A stretch of DNA of 59,777 bases, the filler included, from Platydemus manokwari (Eukaryota): assembly GCA_037951405.1 (NCBI GenBank). It is 5 parts of 5 records of this genome, joined end to end, with 100 filler letters (N's around TTAATTAATTAA, not from the genome) between each part and the next. Parts side by side here need not be neighbours in the genome. Positions count along the whole stretch, not along the records: positions 25,898 to 41,179 come from JBBMOY011310315.1; 4 more parts are not named here. One strand, written 5' to 3'. Below are positions 27,310 to 40,699 of this stretch, piece by piece. Position 1 is the stretch's first letter; each line of letters opens with the position of its first letter. The position numbers and the translations under genes are program-made. The notes under the pieces were generated by a model. It was given only the letters and a program-made list of their open reading frames with translations. It ran no database searches and was not told where the DNA came from.

Positions 27310-30300
27310 ACAAAATCACAGATCAAGCCGCCAACATATTCATAAAACCCCACCGGCAATTGCCATCCTGAAAAATGACTTCAAAACCTTATTCAAATCT
27401 TTCCCATTAAGGAAACTTGCCACTTGGGAAAATACTTACTGACTAATTCATTGGAACAACAACCACTGGAACCTCTACATCGCAGATCACCTGAAATTGT
27501 CATCACACTTCATCGACCCAGCAACCAAATCTTCGTCAGCCGAACAAAAATGCTTATGAAATAAACTCGACAATCTATTCCAAAACCTTAGCGCTATGGA
27601 GGACAACATCCTCTTCAAGCAATCAATCCTATCAGATCTGCCACTCCAACTCAATTCATACGATTGTGGCCTCTTCATCATACAGCACGTACTGAACCAT
27701 ATGAATAAATCACCAGTCAATCACACTCCGGTCTTCCCACAACTTGAAACACAGATATCAACAAAATAATATCAGTCACGATCTTATTTCGAAGAATTGC
27801 CTCACAAACCGACAAGAATTCTGGCCCCACAATGAGCCCAATACTAATAAAAGCAATTAAAATAAATGAAACAAATGCCGCTGATCTGACTCAAATGCTC
27901 ACTTCTGCTCGGACTGCTATCTCAATTATCGAGACTTCCAGAGTTGCTCCGAAGAAAGTCATGAAACCATCAGTTCTTCATCTAATGGACTACAAACTGA
28001 GAACCCAATTCCAAACTGAGCCAAAGAAAGCTCTTTGAAACATGATGGCGTCAACCAATCCTACAGCGACTCCTAATATCGAAGACATCATAACTCACTA
28101 CTCGAAGCCAAAACCGAAACCGCTACCAAACAACTTCTGCCCGCCAATACCGAAACATGAGGACAACTCGAACTTCAAAGAGATCTCGCTAGCTGAAATC
28201 GCAAATACTTTCGCGAAACTTGCAAAATCCTCACCTGGCAATGACGGAATCACGTACAAAGAGTGGCGACACCTAGACCCGCAGCATCTATACCTCCAAT
28301 CTTTATTCAACAGAATACTAAAAACAAAAACCATTCCAAACCAGCGAAAGGTATCTAATACTAACTTGCCAATAAAACCAGCAAGCAGGACCTATCTCAT
28401 CTCATAACCTCGTCGAGACCAATCGCGCTTACGGATACTTCATATCGAATATTCATCAAGATCCTCAACCTCAGACTTCTCAAATGGATCGATGGCGGCA
28501 ACTTACTGTCTCCAAATCAAAAAACAATGTTCGCTTCTAACGGATGCGCTGAACACAACGCTTACCTCTTCTCGCCGCAAGAATATGCATCACAACAAAA
28601 CAAAGACCTCCATCTGTTCTGGATCGAACTCGAGGAAGCTTTCCCAAGCCTGCCCTACGATGTCATTTGGTACACACTCAAATCGATGGGCTGCCATTCT
28701 CACTATATCCAGGCCTTATTCGATAACAGCAGAACCACATACACTTGCGGGATGATCAATACTCCACCAATGCCGATCGATCGTGGTGTCAAACAAGGTT
28801 GCCCCTTATCAATGACACTGTTCTGCCTCTCATTCGACTTTATTCTACGTTCATCATCGGATATTCCAGAACAGCTAACAGTACACAACAGCAAATTTTC
28901 CACACTGGCATACGCTGACGACATTGTCATCTTAGCAAACTCTTGAGAAAACTTAGAACACAGGCTCAACCACATTATCAACGCAACAAACGAAATTCAG
29001 CTCACAATCAACGCCAACAAATGTGGATACTTCATCAAAAACCTGAGGAACCGGATAGATCTTCAAATCAACGAGGAACAAATACCGATCATTGACGCAG
29101 ATAATCTATACAGTTACCTTGGCGTACTATTTGGGCTCCTGATGCGTTCTCCAGTCAATCATATCCGACTTCGAAGCCATTTCTGAATCACGACTTCACC
29201 CATCATCCTGCACTCTCAGCTTCCCTTCTACTTCCGGATTCCGCAAGTGGCAACAACAAAACTTAATTCCAGGACCTTGATCACTAATAAAGATAACGAA
29301 CTCGAGCAATCTTTCGACAAGAAAATAAGTCAAATTTGCCTGAAAAATTCTCAAGACAGACGGATCGAACTCTAGCAATGACTTCATTATGTGTGCCCCG
29401 GCTAAACTCGGTGGAATTGGACTAACCATCTCACTCATGGAATACTGTATCCAAAGTGTAGTCGCAGCTTTTAGATTTCTAACCATTCAAGACCAATTCA
29501 GAACCTTCATCACCAACCACATCAATTATATAGTCAAACACAGGTCTTCGGAATATTGTGATCTTAACGCCGTTCTTCTATGGATCTCGGACAAGTTAAA
29601 CACTGATAAACCCAGCTCTTCCTCAACATGGTGGACCAAAACCCGATTTGCAATTTGGAAACTGAGGACTATTAGGATTGACATCCAATTCTACCAACAC
29701 AACGCGGAGATCCTTCTGAAAGTTTCAATCGAAGAAGATAAAACCTCGTTAACGACTCAGTCTCGATGTACCATTACAAGGAGTGAAGTACAATGACAAA
29801 ACAAGGTTGGCTTCCCTACTGCTTCTCAGCCTCGCATCTGCCTGAAGTATGGATATTCGTTCACGAAGCAAGAAACAACCTCCTCCTGCTCAACTACACC
29901 CCATATTTTATCAATATGGGAAAATCCACTCTTTGCTAAAGATGCCACACTGAGAGAGAAACCGAACCCCACATCTTTATACACTGCCCTGCAGTACCAG
30001 GAATTGCATCGAAAAGACATGCTGTAATTCTCGACCATCTCGGATATTATATCAGATCGTTATGCTATGACGCGGACATTGACATAAGTCCACCAGAAGT
30101 CAACACAAAGCTCAAACCTGACTTAATTATTAGGAACAAGGCAAAACGCCATGCTTATATCGTGGATCTGAAAATTTCATTCGACATCGCCGACAATTTT
30201 GAGAAGCACAGATTACTAAACTTCGAGAAATACAGGTCAATCGCCTCCGATATCAGGATTAAAACTCGCTTTGAAACAAGCTTAGACGTACTTTGCTTCG

Positions 30301-30700
30301 GAGTGCTCGGATCTTGGGACCCAAAGAACGATGGAGTTCTCTCAAACATCAGCCTCGAAAAGGCCCAAATCACCTTCATCGTTGGATTCCTCATAGGCAC
30401 ATTGCTTAAGGATGCCTTCGCCACCTACAAGGCTCACGGGGATATGCAAAATCTCAAGCACCCATCATGGATCAGGGCCTTCAAACAACTAACCGGACGT
30501 AGCAATGATTTGAAAGAGAATCGACAAGAACCATAAGGAACCTGACTAGGAAACCTTCTCAAGGAAATATCTGAAGACTTCGGAAATGTATATATTATAA
30601 AAATGATGTGAGGACTTGCGCCACCGCATCGCAAAGATTGTCATGTTTATGTGAAATAAATTTTATCCACTACTACTTATATATTATATTGAATAAAACA
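27310..30700 (+). mobile_element. RLE-type non-LTR retrotransposon (NeSL/Utopia/R5-like) with Ulp1-like protease, RT and restriction-like endonuclease; decayed
   Basis: Protease: NNHWNL..FIDP..QLNSYDCGLF (27362-27720). RT: SSPGNDGITY, RPIAL, GCAEH, GVKQGCPLS, LAYADDIV, YLG, APAKLGGIGL. RLE: RH, LKPDLII..YIVDLK, KY, FGVLGSW. Short 3' UTR ending in AATAAA. Many stops and frameshifts. Confidence 0.92.
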
Positions 30701-30727
30701 TATTTTCAAATCAATAAATAAAAACCC

Positions 30728-31045
30728 TATATAAAATATACACTTAAAAATGAACACACAAAAATCCGAAATTTGTGATATAACATTTAAAGCTATTCAA
30801 GCTTCAAAAGCACATAAAAAATCTAAAAAGCATATTGCGAAATTTGTTTATCATCTACAACAGTTAAGCTTTGATCATTGTCTACAACAGAACTTCGTTT
30901 ATTTTTATGAACAACCGTTCTTTCATTATATTTCGCAATATGCTTTTTAGATTTTTCATGTGCTTTTGAAGCTTGAATAATTTTAAATGTTATATCACAA
31001 ATTTGGGATTTTTGTTTGTCCATTGTTAAGTGTATATTTTACATA
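30728..31045. mobile_element. Fold-back MITE (about 115-bp inverted arms, about 85-bp spacer)
   Basis: Arms 30728-30843 and ~30929-31045 are near-perfect reverse complements. This explains the mirror-image ORFs 30750+ and 30823-. Confidence 0.85.
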
Positions 31046-31319
31046 TATTTATATAAAACCCATAAGATTAATAAAAAATCTCAACCAACTGAAAATAGAA
31101 TTTCTCATATTACAGAAGAATCTCATGAACTCTTACAACTCATAAATAAATATTCAAACATTACATTTCAAATAAGTGTTAAGATTATTCTTCAAAATAT
31201 AAATAATAATACAAATAAATATAATTACATTATAATAGCATTAAGTTCAGATCAAACATTAAAAACTGGTGAAGATCCGTTGGATTACCAGTGAAGATTT
31301 AATCTCTGAGAATCAATGC

Positions 31320-31620
31320 ATGCCTTCAATTTATTTAAGAATCTTGTAAAACGTCAAGGGCAAATTGCCATTTCATATGGTTAGATCTTAAGGAAGCTTT
31401 ACTGGCTTGCCTCATGAGTTAATTTGGTTGACTCTGAAAAAGATGGGTTTTGCATCCAGCACAACCAATCTTCTGAAGAATTTCTATGATGGCATAAGTA
31501 CTAAAAATCACTGTGAGAATATAGTCACTCTCTCTATTGATTTGGTTAAAGGTGTCAAACAAAGTTGCTCCTTGTCAACGTCATTGTTCTGTTTATCGAT
31601 AGACTTCCTTGTTATGATTT
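31320..31620 (+). mobile_element. Second, divergent RLE-clade RT fragment
   Basis: WLDLKEA, LPHELIWLTLKKMGF and KGVKQSCSLSTSLFCLSIDF are collinear with the RT at 28600-28850, but the nucleotide composition differs. Confidence 0.8.
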
Positions 31621-31869
31621 ATTTTACTTATTGGGAATATATTCCTTAACAGACCATCAAAAAGTAATCTTTTGGCATTTATAATGATTAGTAGCACTTT
31701 AACCAATCAAGAAAGATAAGAAATTAAATATTTATTTACATAAAATTATCCTTACTTGGAGTATTATTAAAGTTAACTATATTTGTTGAATACTGAAAAC
31801 GCTCAAGATTACCTAAGTTATGAAAACGAAGCATTAAAAGTAAATATTAATAATTTTATGAATCAGATA

Positions 31870-32246
31870 AGAGCATATTGGAATTTTTCCGGTAATTACT
31901 TTATATTGTGGAGTAGAAGCTCGTTTATTAACAATAATAAATTCTGTTATCGGAGAATCATTTCATGCTGGATTAAGTAGTAAAAAGAAAAAGATATAAA
32001 GAAGTTTATGAAGCAATTTAACATGGTATTGATAAATTATATTTATTCCAACTGAAAGCTTAGGATGATAATATATTAACTGGTGAAGAAATAATTAAAG
32101 TCAAATATATTATTAAAGATTTGCATGAAGAAATATTAAAATTAAAAGACAATAATGTTAAATTAGAGAATAAATTACAAGAAGCTAAACGTGAACATAT
32201 CGGAGAGTTAAAGAATAAATACCACGAGGAGTTAAAAATAAAATAA
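31870..32246 (+). mobile_element. Possible Polinton/Maverick accessory ORF remnant (hydrophobic segment + coiled coil)
   Basis: Intronless broken frame reading GIFPVITLYCGVEARLLTIINSVIGE...SKKKK / YKEVYEAI*HGIDKLYLFQLKA*DDNILTGEEI, then a Lys/Glu coiled coil. From memory it resembles the KAL.D..I...E-type ORF of Mavericks. Confidence 0.35.
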
Positions 32247-33228
32247 AATTTAACTATAAGAATGTTAAAAAAATTATATAGAATATTCATATTAGGATCC
32301 AAACCCACAGTGAGTCACACAACGACAAATACCATGTTAAGCCCACAAACATAATCACATAAATAAAAATCCTAAAAATAAACTATCAATTAAAAATAGT
32401 AATTTATAATTACAAAAATAAAACAACAAATGCAAGAAACTAAAAATAGAATTTAATAATTGCAAAAATAGAATAGAAAACAAAAATAGGATTTTAATAT
32501 TCCAAAAACAGAACAATAGCGATTGGATGAAACCATAACAAAAAGTGGTATATAAGAATACAGATTTTTAGAATAAATTGCCAAAAAACATAGCACAACA
32601 GATAGAATAGCAAAAAACGTCACAATCACATAGAAGACAGACTACGATTCGATATCAGCTAGAGAAAATCAGTCACAACAAGAAGCATTAGTCAGCTACC
32701 AGCCAAGCATAGCGTAACATAAATCTCCACCACAAGCCGATTTATTTAACGAGGTATAGATCGAATTGTTAATAGTTTAATACCGTGTCGATAGATTCGG
32801 TATTAAGTAACTTCCTTTTTGCTCCTGCTTTTTTCATAGTTTTCATTCATTGTACGGTTCACCCTCTGGTTAAGTGAGTTAACACTTCGCCAGTTCTGTG
32901 GTTACATAATCTTATTAATTAACTTTGTTACATATTCATTGTATTTGTTTGACTATAAATTATGCTTTTCAGTAAATTTGCGTTGTTGTTATTTATTATA
33001 TCATTATCTATAATTAAATCACAACCTATATTACATCACACGAAACACAACAGATTGCCTGGAGTCCGATCTGTACCACTTACGAGCAACTCTGAAAACC
33101 AATTTCACCTCATCACCACATACACACACATATTCACAAGTAGTTAAAAACCAATATTCATATTGTTTATGTATTAAAATAATGATGATTTTTATGTAAA
33201 GCAATGTAAAATATGTGTTCATAGAAAT

Positions 33229-33492
33229 TGTTAGTAGCTGCTACTTCACTTGTAATTGATGTTTCAACAAAAGAACTCATTATAACGATTTTCTTAAATT
33301 TTATTTAATGCCAACACTTAATACAATTTTTTAAAAAAATTAAAATTCCTTTTCTAGAGAGATTTCCTTATCAAACTTGATGGGTTAAAGATAAAAAATA
33401 TTTAAATCATTTAATAATTATTTTATTTTTAACAATTTTTAAAGTTAAACTGTTAATAAAACTGTTTTAAAATAATTTTAATTTTCCTCACA
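33229..33492 (-). repeat. 3' LTR of a Ty3/Gypsy element
   Basis: On the minus strand TGTGAGG...ACTAACA directly follows the PPT AAAAAAAGGGGA (33493-33504). A homologous LTR lies at ~40953-41179. Confidence 0.75.
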
Positions 33493-34830
33493 TCCCCTTT
33501 TTTAAAATTTTTAATTTTCTCCACATTCCTTCTTATTACTGTACCATTTTTGTCTTGTAATTGGTAACTTCTTTCATGATTTTGATCCTATTACTTCGTA
33601 CCGGTCATCATATCTTTCTTGTTTTTATTTTGTACTTCCTTTTTTACAAATACCTTGTCACCTATCTTAAATTTGCTTTTTGTTATTTCCACTGATTCTC
33701 TTTTTTGTTTGTCCTCAATGTTTCATTTAATTTCTTCTCTATCTACTCTTCTGTTGGCATACCATCATGATTTATCTATCTTCCTTCCAAATATAACTTC
33801 TGGAAGACTAACATCAGTCGTTTTGTACTGTAGCGTTCAATGTATATTTGATTTCTTGTAATATTGAAACCTAGTTTGTATGCTACCTATCCTTCACCGT
33901 CGCATTTATATAGTCTCTTATCGTTCTAAATTGTCGTTTAGCCATTCAATTTATATCGTTCTGACATGGACTGGAAAATATTATATCTGTCCCCATTCTA
34001 AAAGCCATCTGTTTGATTCTTTGTGATTCAAAACATTTACCACAATCTACCTGTATTTCTTTTGGTGCACCGTTCTTCAAAACCTATTGATCTCGAATCA
34101 CTTTCTCTATTGTTTACTTATTGGTGTAAGTGATATATATCTGCTAAATTTTCTACTCTAATCGATTCTTTCCATGGTCCACAAATATCAATATTTATTT
34201 TCTCGAATGGTTTGCCTGCTAATAACAATTTCGGTTTCTCTTTCTTTGGGCTAGTTGGCACTTTCGATTTTTGGCACACCTCACATTTACTCACATTTAG
34301 TTATCTTTACCAAATCTTTCATGTCGAAATTATCTCTTATATATCGTCTTACTTTTTCAGTTCCTGCATGACACAACAACTTGTGAGTATATTTAATCAT
34401 TTCTTTTTTTTATTGATGGTATCCAAATTTTGTGCTCTTTTGTTTTTACTATGTCTTCCTCGAGTATGTAATGACCATTTCGAGTTTTTTCTATTTCGTT
34501 TTTAATCATTTCTATTTTTTTATTGTTTATTTGCCATTCTTTTCCTTCATTCTCACACATTATGGTTGATATTTTGGTTTTCATTTTCCTTTGCTTAGAT
34601 TTTCATCCTTTGTTAAGCATTGTGAACAGGTCTCACATGTGTTTCTTGTGAATAACTCATACGAGCGGAGAATATCTGAGTAATTTGTTTTTTCTAATGA
34701 TTTCATAAATTCATTTCGTTATTTGGAATTTTTTGCACGGTTTTTATTCTTGATTAGTATGCATTTTTCGTAATTGTAAAAAGCCGCATATGGTTATGCA
34801 CCAACCCAATACAATCAAATGATCGAAATC
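33493..34830 (-). mobile_element. Degenerate Ty3/Gypsy integrase region
   Basis: Motifs CEVCQKSK (HHCC), PFEKINIDICGP and PKEIQVDCGKCF (DDE core), and C-terminal SYQLQDKNGTVIRRNVEKIKNF, followed by PPT and LTR. Confidence 0.85.
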
Positions 34831-36299
34831 TTATACACTACCCGAAATTTGGTTTATAAGAAACTTAAATAAAAAATTCTGCTCTTTAAAAACATCGAAA
34901 TGTGAAAATATTTAGTTTATTTGCTGAAATTTCCCTCAACTATCACTTAGCATTAACAAATTATTCGAGTTTTTTATATTTTCCATTCTATTGATATTCT
35001 AAATGAGGAACTTACAATGCTAGTACTCTCTTAATTTGTGAGTTTATCATGGTTTGATGTTGTAGATTCCACTGATTATTGCTGTCGGTGAACATGTTAA
35101 TATCGTGATACACATGATACAGATAACGAGGAGAATAATTGTGATTTTGTATTTGTTCAAAAATTCGCACATTCGAATAAAAATCTATTTAAAACATGCT
35201 TGTCTGTTATGAAATACAGCAAGTCGGGATCAGATAATCATTATTAAGCATGTGTTAATCCAATTGAATTTAGTTTTAAATAGAAATTTTTCATTTATTA
35301 ATGAATATAATCATTAATGAAATCAATAAGGTATTGTGTAGCATTATATATAGTTATTATCGATTATGATGTTTTATAATAATTCAGTCATTGACTTTGT
35401 GATTCTTCATCGATGTTGGTTTAGATTCACTACCAAGAAGATAAAAATGATAATCCGGACAAATTTTACAACTTGTTTCTCGTGAAAAATTTAATTTATA
35501 AAATCGATAAAATTAGAAAAATTGATTTTTATGCCAATGTCATCAATGTTTGATGACATTTGAAAAAACAATAGCAGTGCAAGAGTTGTCATAGATCAGG
35601 ACATTCTATAGACTAGCATATAAATTATGATTTTTGGAATTATTATTACTGCATATACATTTAACTTTTTCATCTTAAAATATCAATACTCGACAGTAAA
35701 ACATTTCAAGCGTATTGATTTTGATTTTTATGAGAAGGAAAGTATTTTTGCAATTATGATTTGTTAATGCTTAAATTTGATTTCAGAAAGTTGTTCATTT
35801 TGAAGAATACCTAAATCAAGCCAATCTCCAAAGATACCTTAGAATTACAAAATGGATTTTAGGGACCAAATTAAATAAACATGATACTGAAGTGCCTGAA
35901 ATGAAATTTTAATTGGAAAATAGGACAGCCAAAAAAAACCCACACAGAAATTGACCAATCACATCGATGCACAGACTAATAATCCCAATAGGAACAAGAA
36001 AAAGCAAAAATCGAATTAAAATGCAATGCAAACATTACACAAAATTTGCACACATGTCTCGAGTATAAATATCGATGTGAAGATGACCAAATTCCTTTGG
36101 AATCCAAGTTTTAGTGATGTTTTCGAGTAGTACGAGTATGAGTGTATTTTTGTAAGTCGTACTGATTAGTTAGCAAGTTGGAAATTAAGTCTACAGCCTT
36201 TGAGTTTTGAATTCGGTAATTATTCGGTAGTTTAGAAGTAGAACTCAACAATATAAGGTGCGATTCATTAGGCTACGTCGTAAAAAAATAAAATAAAAC

Positions 36300-36740
36300 A
36301 ACAGTAAGAACAAAATAAATGTATTGCGTTACTTTAATGCACAACAAAATACAATAACGATAAGAACAAATAACGGTAAATGATAATAAATTTCATAGCA
36401 ACTGTTCAAAATGTTCACCATCTTGATCCAAACAGAGGTTGCATTGTTTCCTGAAGCTTGAATAACATTTACGGACGACTTATTGATTGATGTCTATTAA
36501 TTTATTTGAAATTGCTTCTTCATTTTGCTGAGCGTTGTATAATTTAAGCGATACAGATGACAAACGATGTCCATTCTCTTCAGTGTAATAAAAGAAATTG
36601 TGTTTTTGCACCAGAAAGTTAAGATAAAAGCAAAGCTTTATCTGAGAAAACAATCTTTCGATGAAAATCGATATTGTTTTCTTTGACTATCCAAGAACAG
36701 AATTCAACTACCTTTCGGCATCATCTTCTCCCAATGTTTG
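36300..36740 (-). mobile_element. Second copy of the Tc1/mariner-like remnant at 7470-8160
   Basis: Clear nucleotide similarity (e.g. TTACTTTAATGCACAAC, TTTCATAGCAA, CCAAGAACAGAATTCAAC); encodes KIVFSDKALL and CNLCLDQDGEHFEQLL*. Confidence 0.8.
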
Positions 36741-39700
36741 ATATTTCAAAATGTTTTTTTTATTATTTTAGTTTTGGAGACCGAGACTTATGAATCGCAC
36801 GATATATATTGGATATTTGCTTCTAATCACTGGATTTGTATTCTTCAACGCAAGGTGCATTTTAAATGGCTCAAATGTTTGGCTTCTTAGAAATAATGGA
36901 TTTCAAAACTACAGTCTTTAGACCCTAGAATAGAGTAGCATGCAGCATAAGCGCAAAAATTTACAAATTCTGATTCCTTTTATAAATCAGATAAACTATC
37001 AAAGCAATCAGTGACTTAAATATTTTAAAAAACCAAATAAGTATGAATGGAAAAATAAGTGCGTAATCCAGGAATAATCAAAATCTTATCTAATCTATCT
37101 CGAAACATGTATTCCTGAATCAAACAATCAATTACTTTGTTTTGTTTTAATTTTCTCCGTAAAACCATCTGTATTTTAATATAAAAACTTTCTTAGACAC
37201 AGTAAATCAGTGGAAAAAATGATTAAACATTATTAATTATAATATTAAAATAAAAATTCACTCGCAGAAAAAATATTTTGTTTATTTACGGTAATGAGAA
37301 ATATCGTTTATAGTTTCGTTGGGAGAAAGAGCTTTGTAAATATTTTTTTAATTTGTCTGGAGAAAATTGAATCAATTAAATAAACATCATCCAGAAAATG
37401 TAATGTTAATTTATTTGGGAGTATAAAAACTTTAAATATTGTTATTATTTTTTCAGTTTTTAAATACGAGTTTACAATGGAATTGTAAAGCATATTTTAA
37501 CGATCGTTTCTCTTAGGCTAGGTTGATTTTATTAATCTTGGTTGTGTTATTTTTCTAGCTCAGAGCGGTGAGTACTTGCATAACAGTACATGTTAGTAGT
37601 AGATACTTCGTTTGAAATTGATGGCTCAACAAAAGAAGTAATTGTTGCGATAAATTTAAATCCTTTTTTCAAATCTTTTTCTAGAGAGCTTTAGCTATCA
37701 AATTTTTAGATAAAAATTTTTAAATTACTTAATTACAAAATTTCAAAATTTTATTTTTTAATTTTAACTTATTATTAAATTATAAAAATTATAATTAAAA
37801 GTTTTTTATTAAAATTATAATTTTAAATTATTATTGGTTTCTTTAAATTTTTCTCACGGTACATATTTTAATGAAAGCCAGTATATCATATATAGAGCTA
37901 CTTAAGCACGTATATAAACAACCAATAAAAAATAATGTTTAAAATATTTCTATAATATTACAAATGTTCGATTTCATACAAAAATTCATACAATAAATTT
38001 ATCAAAAAAAGCTTATCAAAATAAAGACTCTTCACAAAGAAATCATTATCAAAGAAATTAAGAAAATAAATAAGAAAATAAGTACTCGCATAAATTGGAA
38101 CATTATCGAGATTGTTCACTATCGGTATTTTCGGCAAACAAAATAATAAAAATATAAAGTTCCCCGTCTAATGTTTGCAGGACATTTCACAGATAATTTT
38201 CTAGTATAAGTAGCTTATTAACTTTTATTTTATAAATTAAACAATAAAAAAACATAATTTCTACAAGACCAGATATGTTATGGATGTGTTGTGGATAATC
38301 AAATATTTCCAAGTAATTATATTCGCTTATATTCGCAGAGAATGATTCAAACGATTTGAGATAATTCTAAAAATGACTAAAAATATTATAATTTATTTAA
38401 ATAAGATTTTAACATTTTCTTTCAATGATTCATGGGGTGAGAAATAAACTGATAACAATCAATTAAGGTTCTCAAAAATTTAAATATTCATCGAGAACTC
38501 GTCAGAGCACATCTACTTAAAGAAAGTCTCCATTTGTATTTATCATTGTCATTGAAATATATACTTACATCAAAACATAGACTTATTTTTTCTCAAACTG
38601 ATATCAAACAAGATTTGACAGTAAATCCTAATGCTTTAGAACTAATTGATTTAAACATCTAGAAAAATTATAATTCAATTACTGGTCAACATAATTAATC
38701 TTTTAAGTATTTCTTATTTTTAAACTAAAATTCATTTTCATACAAACTTTATTTAAATGTTTTATATCGTTATTATTGAAGAAATTTTCTCCCTAAACTA
38801 TTCAACATTTTAGGATGGTAAATATTTTTATAAAATGAGATAACGAAAAATATTTAAAAATTTTTAAATTATTTATTTTAATAAAAGTATAAAAACTTGT
38901 CGAGATAGATGACAGAATAAACTTTCGATTAAATTCGTACTAAGAATGAAATTAAATAAAATCATCATGCTATAATGACGAAATACAAATATTAATATTG
39001 TACGATATTTTCAGGCAAGCTTGGGAAGGATTAAATATTGACAATTGAAAAACTGAAATTTTTGATAAACACCTCAAAATATTGTTTAATATTACAAAAT
39101 GTCTACATGAGTTGACATGAAAAAGATTACGATTGATCCTCAATGATCTCAATTAATTATAAAATTTTGTGAGTAGATTTTTTGTGTTAATGTTTTAGAT
39201 CTTAGATAATTGTAGATAAAAGAAGATTAGTGTTGATGATGAATTTTTTAATATTTTCGAAAGCTACAGTTGGTCTAATGATATAATCTTACGGTCCTGC
39301 TTGATTAATTGTTTGTGATATTATATGCATTCACAAAATTCGCATATATACCATGTGAAGCATATATATAAATTCAAAAAGATCATTGACCCCGTTGATA
39401 GCGGTGTTTGTTTTATGAACCAGGAGTCATCATATGATGTTGTTAAGAATTGATTTCAATAAATAAATCCTTGAGTATGTTTATGTTATTGTTAGGCTAT
39501 AAATGTACGAAGAAGGATGATGGTGAACTTGCTTATGTAGTTTAGTAATGTTGAAATGTATTATTTAGGAAAAGTCGTGTTAGTTGTTTGTAAACATGAA
39601 GTGAAATTCTAATTTTTGTACAATTAAATCTTTCTTGAACGAAAACAACCACGCCTTTTCCTTTTGCATAAAATAGTGATAGAATTTTCTGAATTTTTAA

Positions 39701-40699
39701 TTAAATAAATGAAATCCCTCTACTGAATAAGAATGTCAGTAGTAATGACTTGTACAATAGAATTTTTATAGGTTGTTATCATTTTACAATTCAAGAACAC
39801 CGTCGTTGGTACTCACAGATGATTTGATATTTTAATGCTTACGAACTTAATTTTATAAGGTTTAAGAATTTATTGTTTTTGAGACTTTGGAGTGTTTTAT
39901 TAATATTATGCGATGATTATATATATTATTATTTGACATTTGATTTCTGCTGTTATTACACTTATCATTGCGTCATCGTGAAAAAATTATAACCTATTTA
40001 TCTCTCCTAAGGTTTAACTAAATTTAAGCTAACGAACGAATTGTGTGATCTTTATCAAGGGATTATAATTATGTATTGAAAATATTTATTAGAATCCACA
40101 AATAGTTTAAGATTCTTTTCGGAAAATATTTTCTTTACAAATGATACTTCTCATATTGGGGAAGAAAATGAAAATAAAAATTGATTCTGTAGACTAATAA
40201 CTCCTCGGTAAACATCATAATTTCATATTTCTGCATCTTAAATACTTTGATGGAAACAAATTCGTAATATTGATTTCGACAATAGCAAAAATAGTTTGAA
40301 ATCATAAAAAACGGGAAATCATCGAATATTTTTAAAAGGCATTTGTTCTATTTCAATGAACTCAACTCAATTTAGAATTTAAAATTCTTTGTATTATTGA
40401 TTACTTGTTAAGTATGGATCAATTCAATTTCAACCATGTCGCAATGCCAACCGAATAAAAAAAGCACCTTTATTGCTAAGAATTTTAATAACTTTCAATT
40501 TTACGGTGAGTGAATCAAAGTCAATCCATTCTTTGATTTAGTGATTTGGATATCACGTGGCTAAACTTCACAATGATAGTTAAGACAATTAAGTTGACGT
40601 ATATGGTAATGGTTAATAATAAAATATGTGATATTATCTCCACGTGTGATGAAAATTCAAATTAACTAAACAGATCACAATGGTATCCCAACATTAAAG

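Noticed and set aside
27487-30424. Minus-strand ORFs (27487, 28098, 28703, 29196, 29826, 30155)
   Set aside because: These are antisense shadows of the retrotransposon coding frame.
30565-30600. Hammerhead-like CTGAAGA-CTTCG-GAAA in the retroelement 3' UTR
   Set aside because: Stem II is only 1 bp, and no NUH register lets stem I pair; likely chance.
30640-30760. SL RNA, U2 snRNA or rDNA target next to the NeSL-like 3' end
   Set aside because: No recognisable RNA-gene sequence is present; the flank is AT-rich DNA followed by a MITE.
30750-31023. Two similar small proteins on opposite strands
   Set aside because: They are a by-product of the inverted-repeat arms, not genes.
38100-39150. Possible LRR/F-box gene remnants on the minus strand
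   Set aside because: Splice-like signals exist, but every frame is broken and no motif is convincing.
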